A stretch of 63,734 nucleotides of DNA, counting the filler, from Methanobacteriota archaeon (lineage in GTDB: Archaea > JACRDV01): the NCBI GenBank assembly GCA_024860865.1. It is 7 parts of 7 records of this genome, joined end to end, with 100 filler letters (N's around TTAATTAATTAA, not from the genome) between each part and the next. Parts side by side here need not be neighbours in the genome. Positions count along the whole stretch, not along the records: positions 9,774 to 23,709 come from JACRDV010000103.1; 6 more parts are not named here. One strand, written 5' to 3'. Made by a program: the position numbers and the translations under genes. Positions 9,776 through 20,030 of this stretch are shown piece by piece (the first letter of the stretch is position 1; each line of letters starts with the position of its first letter). The notes under the pieces are model-generated. The model made no database searches. It saw only the letters and a list, made by a program, of their open reading frames with translations, and was not told where the DNA came from.

Positions 9776-11692
9776 TCAAGCTTCTTTCAGCTTGCGTTCC
9801 AATATCTGGCTCACTAGTTTTCCATCTGCGCGACCTTGAACTCTCTCCATAATTATGCCCATTAAAGGTTTCGCTGCGCGAGGCCCTTTTGATTGAATTA
9901 TAGCTTTATTTTCATCTATAACTTTTTGGACCAATTGTTCAAGTTCTTCTTCAGTGATTAGTTTTAACTTTAAGGTCTTTAATATTTCATCAGCAGTTTT
10001 ACTTGGAAAAAGCGCCAATTCCCTTAAGAGTTGCGGAATTCCTTCCTTCACAAGTTTGTTATTTTCAACTAATACAAAAATTTGTTTTAAATGATTAACT
10101 GTGATGTTCTCAACTGGGATGTTTTCTTTTTTTAGCTCTGGGATAGTCGACTCAAGCGTGCGAGCAATTATAGTAGGGCTTACTTTATATGTTTCAATTA
10201 ATTCTTCAAAAAATTTTAAATTTTTAGAGCGTACCATTTGGAAAGCTAGTTCTTCGCTTAGCCCATGGTCTTCTACAAATCGTTTCATCTTATCTTCCGG
10301 TAGCTCTGGTAGTTTTTGTTTAATTGCAGATAATCTTTCAGGTGTTATAACAATAGGCGCTATGTCAGTCTCGGGATACATCCTCGCTGCTCCAGGTAAA
10401 GGCCTCATGTACTCTGTGTTACCATCTTGAAGAGCCCTCCTTGTTTCAACTGGTATCTCCGTAATTGCTTGCCTTGCTCTATCAACAACTGCCTTCAAAG
10501 CTTTCTCAGCTTTGTCGAATGAGTCAGCTACTATAACAACGGCATCATTTTTATTTGCATTAACATGCTTTATTATTAAATCGACTTCTGTTTCAGGGAT
10601 ACCAAAGGCAGGCAATTCATCGGTGTGAATAATTCCGCCAACGCCTCCAATAACCTTTGCATAATCTGATAATTCAGTTCCAAATCTCCTGCCAGGTTGA
10701 ATCTCTCTGCCAAGTAAGCCTCCAAACCCTATTAGTCTTAAAGCTAAAATTTTGCAACCTTTTTCAAGCGCTTTTTTCAAAATTTTCGATTGAGTTTTAG
10801 AGAGGAGATGTGTCAAGTCAGAAAAATCACTAGTAACTTTCGAAAGGTCGACATTTCTTTTTTTCAATTCATCTCGAATTTTAAGAAGTTCAACTTGTCT
10901 TTTTACTTCGTTTTCAATTATCTTTGGGACCAAACTGAGTTCCTGAACCCCCTTGACTTCAACTCTAGCTCCATTTTTAATTGAAATATTTAAGTCCTGG
11001 CGAATTGTTCCGATTCCGCGCTTAACTTTTTCAGTCGCTCGCAAAATTAAGCCAACTTTAAAAACAGCTTCTTTTGCTTGTTCGGGCGAATGGATGTCGG
11101 GGCTGCTACCAATTTCAATCAAAGGGATCCCAAGCCTATTTAATCGATATCTTGCAGTTGTTTGAGTTGTTTCAATTATCCTGGCGGCTTCTTCCTCTAA
11201 ACAAATTGTTGGAATTCCAACTTTTCCTCCTTTAGTTTCTATATAGCCATCAGTTGCGATGAATGCAGTCCGTTGAAAACCTGAAGTATTTGAGCCATCG
11301 ATAACTGTTTTTCTCATGACGTGAATTTCATCAACTACTTTCGCATTTAAAAGCTGAGCAACTTCAATTGTTATATCAATTGAAACTTGGTTAGGCTCAT
11401 GCGGTGGCTCTTCGTCGTATTCAACGTCGCAGGTAGAATTAGAATATCCTTCATAAACGAATTCTCTTGCTCTTAACCATTCGTGCATAGCTGCAAGATC
11501 AACTATACCTGTTTCCCCCGGAACTGGTCTTAACCTTCTATTAAAAACCACATCGGGCGGATCGTCTCTTAACTCAGTTGGACAATTGCAAAACAGCTTA
11601 GCTTTAGTTGCAAGTTGTTGGTGAATTTCAAATCCGCATTTTAGTCCAAGTGCCTTATAATCGAAGTTGATTCTATTTCCCTCCTCTGTCAT
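9776..11692 (-). CDS. gatE: Glu-tRNA(Gln) amidotransferase subunit E
   Basis: GLKCGFEIHQQL, IDGSNTSGFQRT, RGIGTIRQD and PGAARMYPETD motifs. Confidence 0.96.
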   Translation of the reverse strand: MTEEGNRINFDYKALGLKCGFEIHQQLATKAKLFCNCPTELRDDPPDVVFNRRLRPVPGETGIVDLAAMHEWLRAREFVYEGYSNSTCDVEYDEEPPHEPNQVSIDITIEVAQLLNAKVVDEIHVMRKTVIDGSNTSGFQRTAFIATDGYIETKGGKVGIPTICLEEEAARIIETTQTTARYRLNRLGIPLIEIGSSPDIHSPEQAKEAVFKVGLILRATEKVKRGIGTIRQDLNISIKNGARVEVKGVQELSLVPKIIENEVKRQVELLKIRDELKKRNVDLSKVTSDFSDLTHLLSKTQSKILKKALEKGCKILALRLIGFGGLLGREIQPGRRFGTELSDYAKVIGGVGGIIHTDELPAFGIPETEVDLIIKHVNANKNDAVVIVADSFDKAEKALKAVVDRARQAITEIPVETRRALQDGNTEYMRPLPGAARMYPETDIAPIVITPERLSAIKQKLPELPEDKMKRFVEDHGLSEELAFQMVRSKNLKFFEELIETYKVSPTIIARTLESTIPELKKENIPVENITVNHLKQIFVLVENNKLVKEGIPQLLRELALFPSKTADEILKTLKLKLITEEELEQLVQKVIDENKAIIQSKGPRAAKPLMGIIMERVQGRADGKLVSQILERKLKEA

Positions 11693-11865
11693 ATAGCTTA
11701 AAATTTAGTTAGTGATTCTTCATTTTAACTTAGCCATTTGGGCTCCTAATTGCATAGTGTAAAAACAGGGCAAATTTAATTTAGGTATTTTAAATTTCTA
11801 TTCGCTCTTTATGATTGCTTCCAAAACTGCAAATAATAGAAAAATAGCAAGTAAGTTTAAAAAAA

Positions 11866-13098
11866 TTATCCGAACATCACGCCAGCTGCTTCCCTTTTTC
11901 TCTCTCCAAATTTAGTGCTACCTAGCACTTTAATAACTGCTTGATCGAAATCAGCCATTGTTACTTTTTCTCTCTCTTCCCTTATGGCAAACATACCCGC
12001 TTCAGTACAAATTGCTTTAATATCTGCACCTGAAGCCCCATCTGTAATTGATGCCAATTTTTCGATGCTAAAATCTTCAGACAAATTAATCTTTTTAGTA
12101 TGGATCTTGAATATTTCAACCCGCCCTCTAAAATTGGGTAGAGGAACTTCAATAAACCTATCAAACCTGCCTGGTCTAAGGATAGCTGGGTCTAAGATAT
12201 CGGACCTGTTAGTTGCCCCTATAATTTTGACCTCTCCTCTCGGATCAAACCCATCCATCTCCGCAAGCAACTGCATCAAAGTTCTTTGCACTTCACGGTC
12301 TCCGCTTGTTGCAGTCTCTAATCTCTTAGCCGCAATAGCATCTAACTCATCGATGAAAATTATACTAGGAGCTTTTTCTCTAGCAAGTTGAAATACCTCT
12401 CTAACTAATCGAGCTCCTTCACCAATATATTTCTGAACTAATTCAGATCCAATTATTTTTATGAAAGTTGCTTCTGTTTCATGAGCAACTCCTTTTCCAA
12501 GCAGAGTTTTTCCAGTTCCAGGCGGGCCGTACAATAGAACTCCCTTAGGCGGCTCGATTCCAACTTTTTCGAATAAGTCTGGCCTTTTCAATGGAAGTTC
12601 GATCGTTTCTCTAATTTCATTTATTTGCTCTTCCAATCCGCCTATATCCTCATAAGTTATTTTAGGTCGCTCATCGATTTCCATTCCAAGAACCATCGGA
12701 TCCTTTTCAGTTGGCAAGACTCCAACAATTGCAAAAGACTGTTGATTTAGAGCAACTCGCGCACCTGGAACCAAATCTTTTCTATCAATAAACTGTGAAA
12801 CAGTAACCACAAAGTTTGGACCTGTAGAACTTTTTACAATTATTCTATCATCATTTAGCGAATCAATGACTGTTGCAACTACTAAAGGTAAACTCTTAAG
12901 ACGCTCGAGTTCACTGCGGAATTTTCTAAGTTCTCGCTCCAGCCGAATCCTTTCGCTTTCAATATATCGCTTCTCAGTTTCTAACCTGCGATTCTCATCT
13001 TTCATCTGCGAGATAAGTGTTTCTAGCTGCCGCAAACGGTTTAACAAATATTCAGAGAATTCACCGCGGTCTTGAGATACTTCAGCAATATCTGCCAT
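11866..13098 (-). CDS. pan: Proteasome-activating nucleotidase
   Basis: N-terminal coiled coil, OB domain, [27 protein letters not shown] and HbYX-like C-terminus MFG. Confidence 0.96.
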   Translation of the reverse strand: MADIAEVSQDRGEFSEYLLNRLRQLETLISQMKDENRRLETEKRYIESERIRLERELRKFRSELERLKSLPLVVATVIDSLNDDRIIVKSSTGPNFVVTVSQFIDRKDLVPGARVALNQQSFAIVGVLPTEKDPMVLGMEIDERPKITYEDIGGLEEQINEIRETIELPLKRPDLFEKVGIEPPKGVLLYGPPGTGKTLLGKGVAHETEATFIKIIGSELVQKYIGEGARLVREVFQLAREKAPSIIFIDELDAIAAKRLETATSGDREVQRTLMQLLAEMDGFDPRGEVKIIGATNRSDILDPAILRPGRFDRFIEVPLPNFRGRVEIFKIHTKKINLSEDFSIEKLASITDGASGADIKAICTEAGMFAIREEREKVTMADFDQAVIKVLGSTKFGERKREAAGVMFG

Positions 13099-13206
13099 AT
13101 TTCTCAGTTAAATAAATGTAAGCTATCACCTCTATAAAGATTTTGTCAGACTTACGACCGATAAAATTTTACTAAAAAAGATTTATAACATAACCAGGTT
13201 AGACAA

Positions 13207-13677
13207 ATGTTTTGCGAAATATGTGGTGTAAAGATAATTGGACAACCTTCGAAAATTTATGTTGAAGGAGCAGAACTGTTAGTCTGTCGAAACTGCGAAC
13301 AATTTGGCTCCAAAAAGTGGTCAAGATATCCAACTGCAACTCAGATTAAAGTCAAACTTCCAAAAACGAAACCAAAGGAAGATCTATTTGCGCAACTTGA
13401 TTTTGGGCTTATTGAAAACTACCCAGATATAATTCGTAGGGCTAGAGAGAAAAAGGGTTGGAGCCAAGAAGATCTAGCCCGTAAAATTAACGAAAGACTT
13501 TCTGTGATCAAGCGAGTTGAACTTGGAAAAATGCCTCCAGATACTAAGTTAACTAAAAAACTCGAGAAGACTCTAGAGATAATTCTCACTGAAAAAATCC
13601 CAAAGGAGATAATTCCAAAGGAACCAAGTAAAGGCGAATTGACCATCGGGGATGTTATAGTAGTCAAGAAGAAGTAG
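13207..13677 (+). CDS. mbf1: Archaeal multiprotein bridging factor 1
   Basis: CEICG..CRNC zinc ribbon, HTH and C-terminal LTIGD; divergent from pan. Confidence 0.92.
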   Translation: MFCEICGVKIIGQPSKIYVEGAELLVCRNCEQFGSKKWSRYPTATQIKVKLPKTKPKEDLFAQLDFGLIENYPDIIRRAREKKGWSQEDLARKINERLSVIKRVELGKMPPDTKLTKKLEKTLEIILTEKIPKEIIPKEPSKGELTIGDVIVVKKK

Positions 13678-13688
13678 CAGGGATAACC

Positions 13689-14336
13689 ATGGCTGTTATC
13701 ATGCATATCAGTGCCCATCAAATTGACTTAGAAAAAATTAAACGAGTTGCAGAAATAATTCGCAACAAGGGGCTAGTTGTTTATCCCACTGAAACTTTAT
13801 ATGGACTTGGTGCAAATGCATTAGATGCACAAGCTATATTAAAAGTTTTTAATGTAAAACAGCGATCGCTTTCAAGACCAATAACTCTTGCTGTAGCTGA
13901 TGAAAAAATGTTAGAAAAAGTTGCTGAAGTAAATGATTTGACAAAAAAGATTGTACATACATGCTTGCCGGGTCCTCTGTCACTATTGTTAAATAAAAAA
14001 GAAATAGTACCAAAGGAATTAACATGCGGACAAACAAAAGTAGGAATTAGAATCCCCGATCATCCTGTTGCACTTTCTCTTATTCGCGTTTTAGGCATTC
14101 CAATAACTGCAACTAGTGCAAATATTTCGGGTCAACCAGCTCCAGTTTCTGCTGAAGAAGCTAACAAACAAATCGGAAAAAAAGTTGATTTAATAATAGA
14201 CAGTGGATTAACAAAAATTGGTCAGCCTTCAACAATAATTGATCTGACGCTTGATCCTCCAAGAGTTATTAGAAGCGGAGCATTTCCAGTTGAGAAACTC
14301 CAAACTTTAGTTGAAAAACTCAAAATTACAATATAA
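13689..14336 (+). CDS. sua5: Threonylcarbamoyl-AMP synthase (TsaC/YrdC domain only)
   Basis: YPTETLYGLG, K.R, GIRIPDHP, TSANISG and PSTIID motifs. Confidence 0.92.
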   Translation: MAVIMHISAHQIDLEKIKRVAEIIRNKGLVVYPTETLYGLGANALDAQAILKVFNVKQRSLSRPITLAVADEKMLEKVAEVNDLTKKIVHTCLPGPLSLLLNKKEIVPKELTCGQTKVGIRIPDHPVALSLIRVLGIPITATSANISGQPAPVSAEEANKQIGKKVDLIIDSGLTKIGQPSTIIDLTLDPPRVIRSGAFPVEKLQTLVEKLKITI

Positions 14337-14353
14337 TACTTAAGTTGATTCAA

Positions 14354-15250
14354 ATGCTCACACCAGAAGAAATTGAAACTTATAGACAAGCTGGGAAAAT
14401 TGCGGCTGAAATCAGAGAAAGAGTTCGAAATATTATTAAACCTGGTCTAAAGCTGCTCGAATTAGCAGAAGCAGTAGAGAATATGACCTTTGAAAAGGGG
14501 GCTAAACCAGCTTTTCCTTGTAATGTCTCGGTCAATGATATAGCAGCCCACTACTCTCCTCCTGTAAATGACACAACTATAATCAAAGAAAAAGATCTGG
14601 TCAAACTGGACCTTGGAGTCCACATCAGAGGATGTATAGCAGATACCGCTGTTAGCGTCGGGGTTGATAATTCTCATCAAGCTTTAATCAAAGCGGCAGA
14701 AGATGCTTTAGAAGCAGCTATTAAGATCATTAAACCAAATATTCCAACAAATCGAATCGGCGAGGCGATTGAAACAACAATTAAAAAATTTGGGTTTTCC
14801 CCTATTGGGGATTTAACTGGACACGCTATGGCTCGTTATAATTTGCACTCCGGGATTACCATTCCAAACGTAAAAACACCTTTTGGCGATCTTTTGAAAG
14901 TTGGAGATGTAATCGCAATTGAACCATTTGCTACGAATTCAGTAGGTAAAATTGTTGAGAACAACTATGCCTACATTTATAGCTTTTTGCGGGAGAGACC
15001 TGTCAGATTGCAAGAATCAAAAAAGATTCTTCAAGTTATTAAAGAGAAATATGGTGCGCTTCCATTTGCAGAGCGATGGTTAACAAAAGAAGTCCAAGGA
15101 ACTAAACTTAGGATTGCCTTAAAACTATTGCTCAATTCTGGCGTGATCAGAGCATATCCGATATTGAGAGAAAAAAATAGAGGTTTAGTTTCTCAAGCTG
15201 AGCATACTGTCATAATAACTGAAACTGGTTGCGAAGTAATTACTCGCTAA
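14354..15250 (+). CDS. map: Type II methionine aminopeptidase
   Basis: PAFPCN, AAHYSP, DLGVH...DTA, AIEPF and SQAEHT motifs. Confidence 0.95.
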   Translation: MLTPEEIETYRQAGKIAAEIRERVRNIIKPGLKLLELAEAVENMTFEKGAKPAFPCNVSVNDIAAHYSPPVNDTTIIKEKDLVKLDLGVHIRGCIADTAVSVGVDNSHQALIKAAEDALEAAIKIIKPNIPTNRIGEAIETTIKKFGFSPIGDLTGHAMARYNLHSGITIPNVKTPFGDLLKVGDVIAIEPFATNSVGKIVENNYAYIYSFLRERPVRLQESKKILQVIKEKYGALPFAERWLTKEVQGTKLRIALKLLLNSGVIRAYPILREKNRGLVSQAEHTVIITETGCEVITR

Positions 15251-15319
15251 ATATTTTTAGAGGAAACTTAGGAATTATTGGAAATATAAGAAAATACAAT
15301 TCAAAAAGGAACTAAGTGT

Positions 15320-16249
15320 ATGTATTCTTTTAAAGCAATAATTAAATTATTATTAGTTTTTCTAGTAATAGTTCAAATTTCAGCAGCCCAAGAATTGCCG
15401 TTTGAATCATTCACTGAAGAGACGAATCTGCCCTCAGGTATAATTGAGATTAAAATCCAAGAAAATGGCTGGGTTTCGGTTAGAGCTGGAATTGTTGCCT
15501 ATGGTCGCACTGAATTAAGCCTACCCTACAAAACAGATAACCTAGAGGTGTTTGATGCTGAAGGTACGCTGCCTTATACCAAAAATAAAACTATTTTGGT
15601 TTTCACTCCAAGAGCAAACGAAACTTATATCTCATTTTCAACTGATGCCTTAACTTCCAAAAGTGGTTCAATATGGGTTTTAAATTTCACTTCTCCAACT
15701 TTATTTGAAATGCTAGAGATTAATGTCTATTTATCAAATGCTATACTAAGAAGCTCTGAATCTTATCCTAAAACTGAACCTTTCGTTGAACCATTCAACA
15801 ATCAAATAAAAATTTCATGGCTAGTCTTTGCTCCAGATGAGCTTGATTTCACAATAAAATATCAGTTAAAAACAGCAGAAGTCTACAAAAACCAATGGTT
15901 AATGCTATTAGGAACAATTTTAATTTTAATTGGAGCAATTAGTGGGATTATCTATTTAAAAAGAAGAAAAATGTTGCCAAAAAGTCAACTTCAGGTTATT
16001 CCCCCAGCCCTTAAAGTTATTTTGCCAACATTAGATGAAAAAGAAAGAAAAATTATAGAAGAATTATTGAAAGCTGGTGGAAAAACTACACAGGCTAAAT
16101 TATTTCACCTAACTGGACTTCCCAAATCCAGTTTACACAGGATTCTAAAGGAACTTGAAAATAAGAATTTAATTAAAATCACTGAGATCGGAAAAACAAA
16201 TCTAGTGGAGTTAGCAGGTAAGTCACTCGGAGAAAATGTTCCAAAATAA
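15320..16249 (+). CDS. Membrane-anchored transcriptional regulator (signal peptide, extracellular beta domain, TM helix, C-terminal wHTH)
   Basis: N-terminal signal, TM WLMLLGTILILIGAISGIIYL followed by KRRK, then LDEKERKII...TQAKL...KSSLHRILKELE...GKTN. Confidence 0.85.
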   Translation: MYSFKAIIKLLLVFLVIVQISAAQELPFESFTEETNLPSGIIEIKIQENGWVSVRAGIVAYGRTELSLPYKTDNLEVFDAEGTLPYTKNKTILVFTPRANETYISFSTDALTSKSGSIWVLNFTSPTLFEMLEINVYLSNAILRSSESYPKTEPFVEPFNNQIKISWLVFAPDELDFTIKYQLKTAEVYKNQWLMLLGTILILIGAISGIIYLKRRKMLPKSQLQVIPPALKVILPTLDEKERKIIEELLKAGGKTTQAKLFHLTGLPKSSLHRILKELENKNLIKITEIGKTNLVELAGKSLGENVPK

Positions 16250-16307
16250 TTATTTTCGTTCCAAATTGTCCCTAGAAAGTTCCAGGATGGATATTTCGTT
16301 CGTTCCG
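16238..16307 (+). promoter_or_regulatory. Helically phased GTTCCA direct repeats upstream of the secreted-protein gene
   Basis: GTTCCA at 16238, 16258 and 16279, with variants GTCCCT at 16268 and GTTCCG at 16302. Confidence 0.55.
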
Positions 16308-16333
16308 TATAATTTTAAAGCTGGTGATGAAAA

Positions 16334-16867
16334 ATGAAAAAATCCATAATCGGAGCTATAATTGCGACAATCGCTCTATTTTCAGGGATGGCCTATCCAG
16401 CTTTTGCTCAGCCTCAGCAAGATGTTCCTCATCCCAAGTGGTTTCCACTGTTTCCAGCCATCATGTATGAAGCGAAAGGGTTTGCATTTGAGGGCGGTGA
16501 TACGAGCAAATACCATGTTTTTGGAATCAGAGTGACTAAAATACGGGTTCCTCCAGTAAGGGAAGGATGGTTCGAAGAAGAGGAGATAAACATATCTGAA
16601 TTGCGAACAATGTATCGGGGATTCGCGAAGATAGGGTCTGATATCTACCGACTTGAGAACATAACGATAAGTGATAATGTATTCTCGGCCAAGTTAGTTA
16701 AGCGCATGCAAAATGCCACACAGGTAACGGGTACAATAATGTTAACATCTCAGCGATATGAAGGCTTGCGCGTAGCTACAGGCGAAGCAAACATCAATGG
16801 GGTCAATTACAAACTCTTTTCATTAGTTTCAGTAAAACGCCCACATCCGCTTAGACCGGGTCCTTAG
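16334..16867 (+). CDS. Secreted hypothetical protein
   Basis: GGTGA RBS, signal peptide ending AFA, beta-rich body; followed by T-rich tracts near 16914-16937. Confidence 0.75.
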   Translation: MKKSIIGAIIATIALFSGMAYPAFAQPQQDVPHPKWFPLFPAIMYEAKGFAFEGGDTSKYHVFGIRVTKIRVPPVREGWFEEEEINISELRTMYRGFAKIGSDIYRLENITISDNVFSAKLVKRMQNATQVTGTIMLTSQRYEGLRVATGEANINGVNYKLFSLVSVKRPHPLRPGP

Positions 16868-17084
16868 TGCCTTCTAGACCAGGCCCTCCTTGATGCCTTA
16901 AGCAACTCAGCTCTTTTTTTCTTTCTTTATTTTTTTATTATTTGATCATTTGAAAAAATCAAATAAAAAGGCTGATTAAAAAAGCATTTGGTTAATTTTA
17001 TCTTAATTTCGGTTAAAATTTTTAATCAAAATTTTAGTTGCATATTTATTTAAGTTAGTTTTTTAATAAAAAACATCGGTCAAA

Positions 17085-18140
17085 TTGAAGCTTAGGACTA
17101 GGGACTTTATCAAATCGAAAGATAAGTTGTTTCTCGGAGTGGTTTCCTACTACCACCCAAAAGATAGAATCATCTCTTTCTTGAGGTATTATCCCTATAC
17201 TTATGGGGATCGAGAACTTAATGGGCAACGATACTCAAAAGTTGAATCTACTGAAAATTCTTTTGATTATTTGCGAAGTAATTTTCCAAAGTATATTTTT
17301 CAATGTGATATGACTCTTTCTAAATTACAAGCAGCTCCATTAGAAAAGATAGAGAAGGTATATCATCCAAATGAGAAATTGAAAGAACTCTTTAACACAA
17401 TTAGAGACCCCCTTCAACAAAAGACTATAGGCATTGCAACTTTCTTTAATAACACAGTTGGAATCCCGCTCGAAAAACTCGGCATTTCTGGTTCACTTTT
17501 AATTGATTTACATTCCCCTAGTTCAGATTTGGACTTCGTAATATACGGTCTAGATAACTTTGAAAAAGCTAGAAAAGCCTTAGCAGAAATTCTCTATAAA
17601 GAAAGGCAGACTCTATTTAGAAGACCAAAACTTCTTGAATGGATAAAAATATACAAAAAGAGGAAAATTGACCCATATATTTATTCTCTTAAAGAATTTA
17701 TTTGGCATGAACAAAGAAAATTTAATAGAGGAATTTTTAACGAAGCTTCTTTCGATATTTTAGCTGTTAGAGATTGGTCAGAAATAAAAGGGCGATATGG
17801 AGACAAAAAATTCGAGAGACTGGGGAAAATAAAAATTAGAGCTAAAATTGCAAGTTCAAAATTTGCTTTTGATTACCCCGCTACATACCAAATTGCTGAA
17901 GCTGAAGTTTTAAATGGACCCAAAATCGAATTGAAGGAAATAGCTTCTTATACACATACTTTTGTCGGCCAAGCTTATAAAGATGAAATTGTTGAAGCAA
18001 ATGGTATACTTGAACGGGTCTATGAGAAAGATAAAATAAAATATTATAGAATTATAGTTGGCACAACTCGAGAAGCTAATGATGAATATTTAAAAGTAAT
18101 CTCACAAAAAACTAATTTTAATTCGGGTTTTTTGCATTAA
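17085..18140 (+). CDS. Archaeal nucleotidyltransferase-domain protein (COG1665-like)
   Basis: GISGSLL...SDLDFVIYG and C-terminal RIIVGT..EA..EY. Confidence 0.8.
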   Translation: MKLRTRDFIKSKDKLFLGVVSYYHPKDRIISFLRYYPYTYGDRELNGQRYSKVESTENSFDYLRSNFPKYIFQCDMTLSKLQAAPLEKIEKVYHPNEKLKELFNTIRDPLQQKTIGIATFFNNTVGIPLEKLGISGSLLIDLHSPSSDLDFVIYGLDNFEKARKALAEILYKERQTLFRRPKLLEWIKIYKKRKIDPYIYSLKEFIWHEQRKFNRGIFNEASFDILAVRDWSEIKGRYGDKKFERLGKIKIRAKIASSKFAFDYPATYQIAEAEVLNGPKIELKEIASYTHTFVGQAYKDEIVEANGILERVYEKDKIKYYRIIVGTTREANDEYLKVISQKTNFNSGFLH

Positions 18141-18203
18141 AAGGCAAAATTTAAAGTTTAAAGAGCAAACTTATACATTGAAGAACAACTATGGCTGAGA
18201 CAT

Positions 18204-18707
18204 ATGTGGGAAGAATTTGAACGATATTTTGCGAAGTATCCGGCTCAGCTAAAAGTAGCTCAACTTCTGCTGGAAAAAGGTTTTCAAATAAGAGAAGATG
18301 GAAAAGTTGTCTCAGGTAACATTGAAATCCCTCATACCCAGATTGCTAAGGACATTGGAGTTGACAGAAGAGTAGTAGATGTCACTACTTCTAGAATACT
18401 AAAGCACCCAAGATTGAAGAAACTTTTTGCCAATTTAGGGTCAATAGCATTCCTAAGAGATGTGGCTAATGAACTCGGATTAGGGGTAATTGTTATAGTT
18501 GCTGATGACCCAAAGCAACCAGGCATACTCGCCAAGATTGCAACAAAAGTTGCTGAGCGCAATATTAGTATACGCCAAGCTACTTCAGATGACCCCTATC
18601 TAGTGTATGAACCAAAACTTACTATTATAACGGATGTACCAGTGCCTGGAGAATTAGTAGCTGAACTTTCAAAAATTCCAGGGGTGAAAAGCGTTACGAT
18701 TTATTAA
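18204..18707 (+). CDS. ACT-domain regulator of amino acid metabolism (COG2150-like)
   Basis: IA...GVDRRVV HTH followed by an ACT domain PGILA...ISIRQA...DP. Confidence 0.85.
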   Translation: MWEEFERYFAKYPAQLKVAQLLLEKGFQIREDGKVVSGNIEIPHTQIAKDIGVDRRVVDVTTSRILKHPRLKKLFANLGSIAFLRDVANELGLGVIVIVADDPKQPGILAKIATKVAERNISIRQATSDDPYLVYEPKLTIITDVPVPGELVAELSKIPGVKSVTIY

Positions 18708-19224
18708 TAGAAGTAGTAATTAACTCTTCATGCAATTTTTTCATTCTACTAATCGCTGGATGATTTTTTCCTAAAGTTTTTTCTAATAAACGAAGTGATG
18801 TATCAATTGAAACTTCTTCAACCCCAAAAATTAAGTTGTCTGCGTGAGCAACAATTTTTTCTTCTAAAGTAACGGGCAAAAAATCGCGATTTGGCAGCCC
18901 CAATTCTTGAGCTTCATCCGCTGGAATACCGGCTCCAATATGCCTTTCTATGATATTTGCCAACTCTTGGGGCAAACCTCTATCCTTAATTAATTCAGCT
19001 CCAACTACTCCATGGGAAACCCCATGTGTTTTTGATCTGCCTATGTCGTGTAAAAGTGATCCAATCTCAACTAACTCTAAATTGATGTTAAATCCTCTCT
19101 CTTGAAGTTTTCTTGCAATAGCCATTGCTTTATTTGTAACTGCTTTACAATGTTCAATAACATTTTTAGAACAGCCAGATTGTTCTAAAATTAGCAACGC
19201 TTCTTTGCGCGAGGGTAAATCCAA
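18694..19224 (-). CDS. HD-domain phosphohydrolase (TIGR00295-like)
   Basis: HC..V, LLHDIGRS.TH, ERHIGAG and EEKIVAHAD motifs. Confidence 0.88.
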   Translation of the reverse strand: MDLPSRKEALLILEQSGCSKNVIEHCKAVTNKAMAIARKLQERGFNINLELVEIGSLLHDIGRSKTHGVSHGVVGAELIKDRGLPQELANIIERHIGAGIPADEAQELGLPNRDFLPVTLEEKIVAHADNLIFGVEEVSIDTSLRLLEKTLGKNHPAISRMKKLHEELITTSINKS

Positions 19225-19767
19225 CTATTTTCCTCGCTTTTCGCCTTCTAGTCTTTTAATCTGGCGCTCAAGTGCTCTAACTGATCTGATGTTATCTTGC
19301 TGAGTCAGCGCTCCACCACAATTTGGGCAAGTAAAATTGTGTTCAAAAGCAGTAGTAAATGGAAGCCTGGAGCAATCGCCTTCAGCACCGTTGTTAGAAG
19401 CACACACAAATAATATTTCATGCTGTTTTTCAAATTCCAATTGCTTTCTCAATTGTCCGATGACATTCTCCTTTTGACTATTGAGCTGATAAATCGCATT
19501 AAATAGGTCCAAGTGCCAGATATAAGTCAACCAGCCAGAATCTTTCTTACGAATCCTGCGATAAGCAGCTAATCGATTTTCATACAGTTTATAAAGGGTT
19601 CTTCGCACTACATTCAATTTAAGCCCTGTTTTTTCTGCCAGCTGCTCATCTGTTGCCTCTTTTTTTCCTCTCAATGCTCTTACTATAATCAGGCCTTCTT
19701 CGCCGGCCACGTTTTGCAGGTAATCAACAATAGTAGGGTCGCGCAATAATTTATTTTCAACTTTCAT
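19225..19767 (-). CDS. tfe: Transcription factor E (TFIIE alpha-like)
   Basis: TDEQLAE...LNVVRRTLYKLY...GW..Y.W wHTH and F.CPNCG zinc ribbon. Confidence 0.93.
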   Translation of the reverse strand: MKVENKLLRDPTIVDYLQNVAGEEGLIIVRALRGKKEATDEQLAEKTGLKLNVVRRTLYKLYENRLAAYRRIRKKDSGWLTYIWHLDLFNAIYQLNSQKENVIGQLRKQLEFEKQHEILFVCASNNGAEGDCSRLPFTTAFEHNFTCPNCGGALTQQDNIRSVRALERQIKRLEGEKRGK

Positions 19768-20030
19768 TTTGACACTCGCTGGACTTGTTCTGAAAACATT
19801 AACACTCAGTTTAGAATCAATACAACAATATAATGGTCGTTCATTATTAAAGTAGTTTACGAAACCTTATCTCAGAAAATAGAGCCAACTGTAAGTTCAG
19901 TACATTTATCGAAGCTCAATACAACCGTAATTTTTTTATTAAAAGAGTTATTATTAAAGTCTACCAAAAAAATTGAGAAAGTACATTTTTGAAAACAAAT
20001 TTTTACAAAAAGTGTTTCTTATTTAAAACT

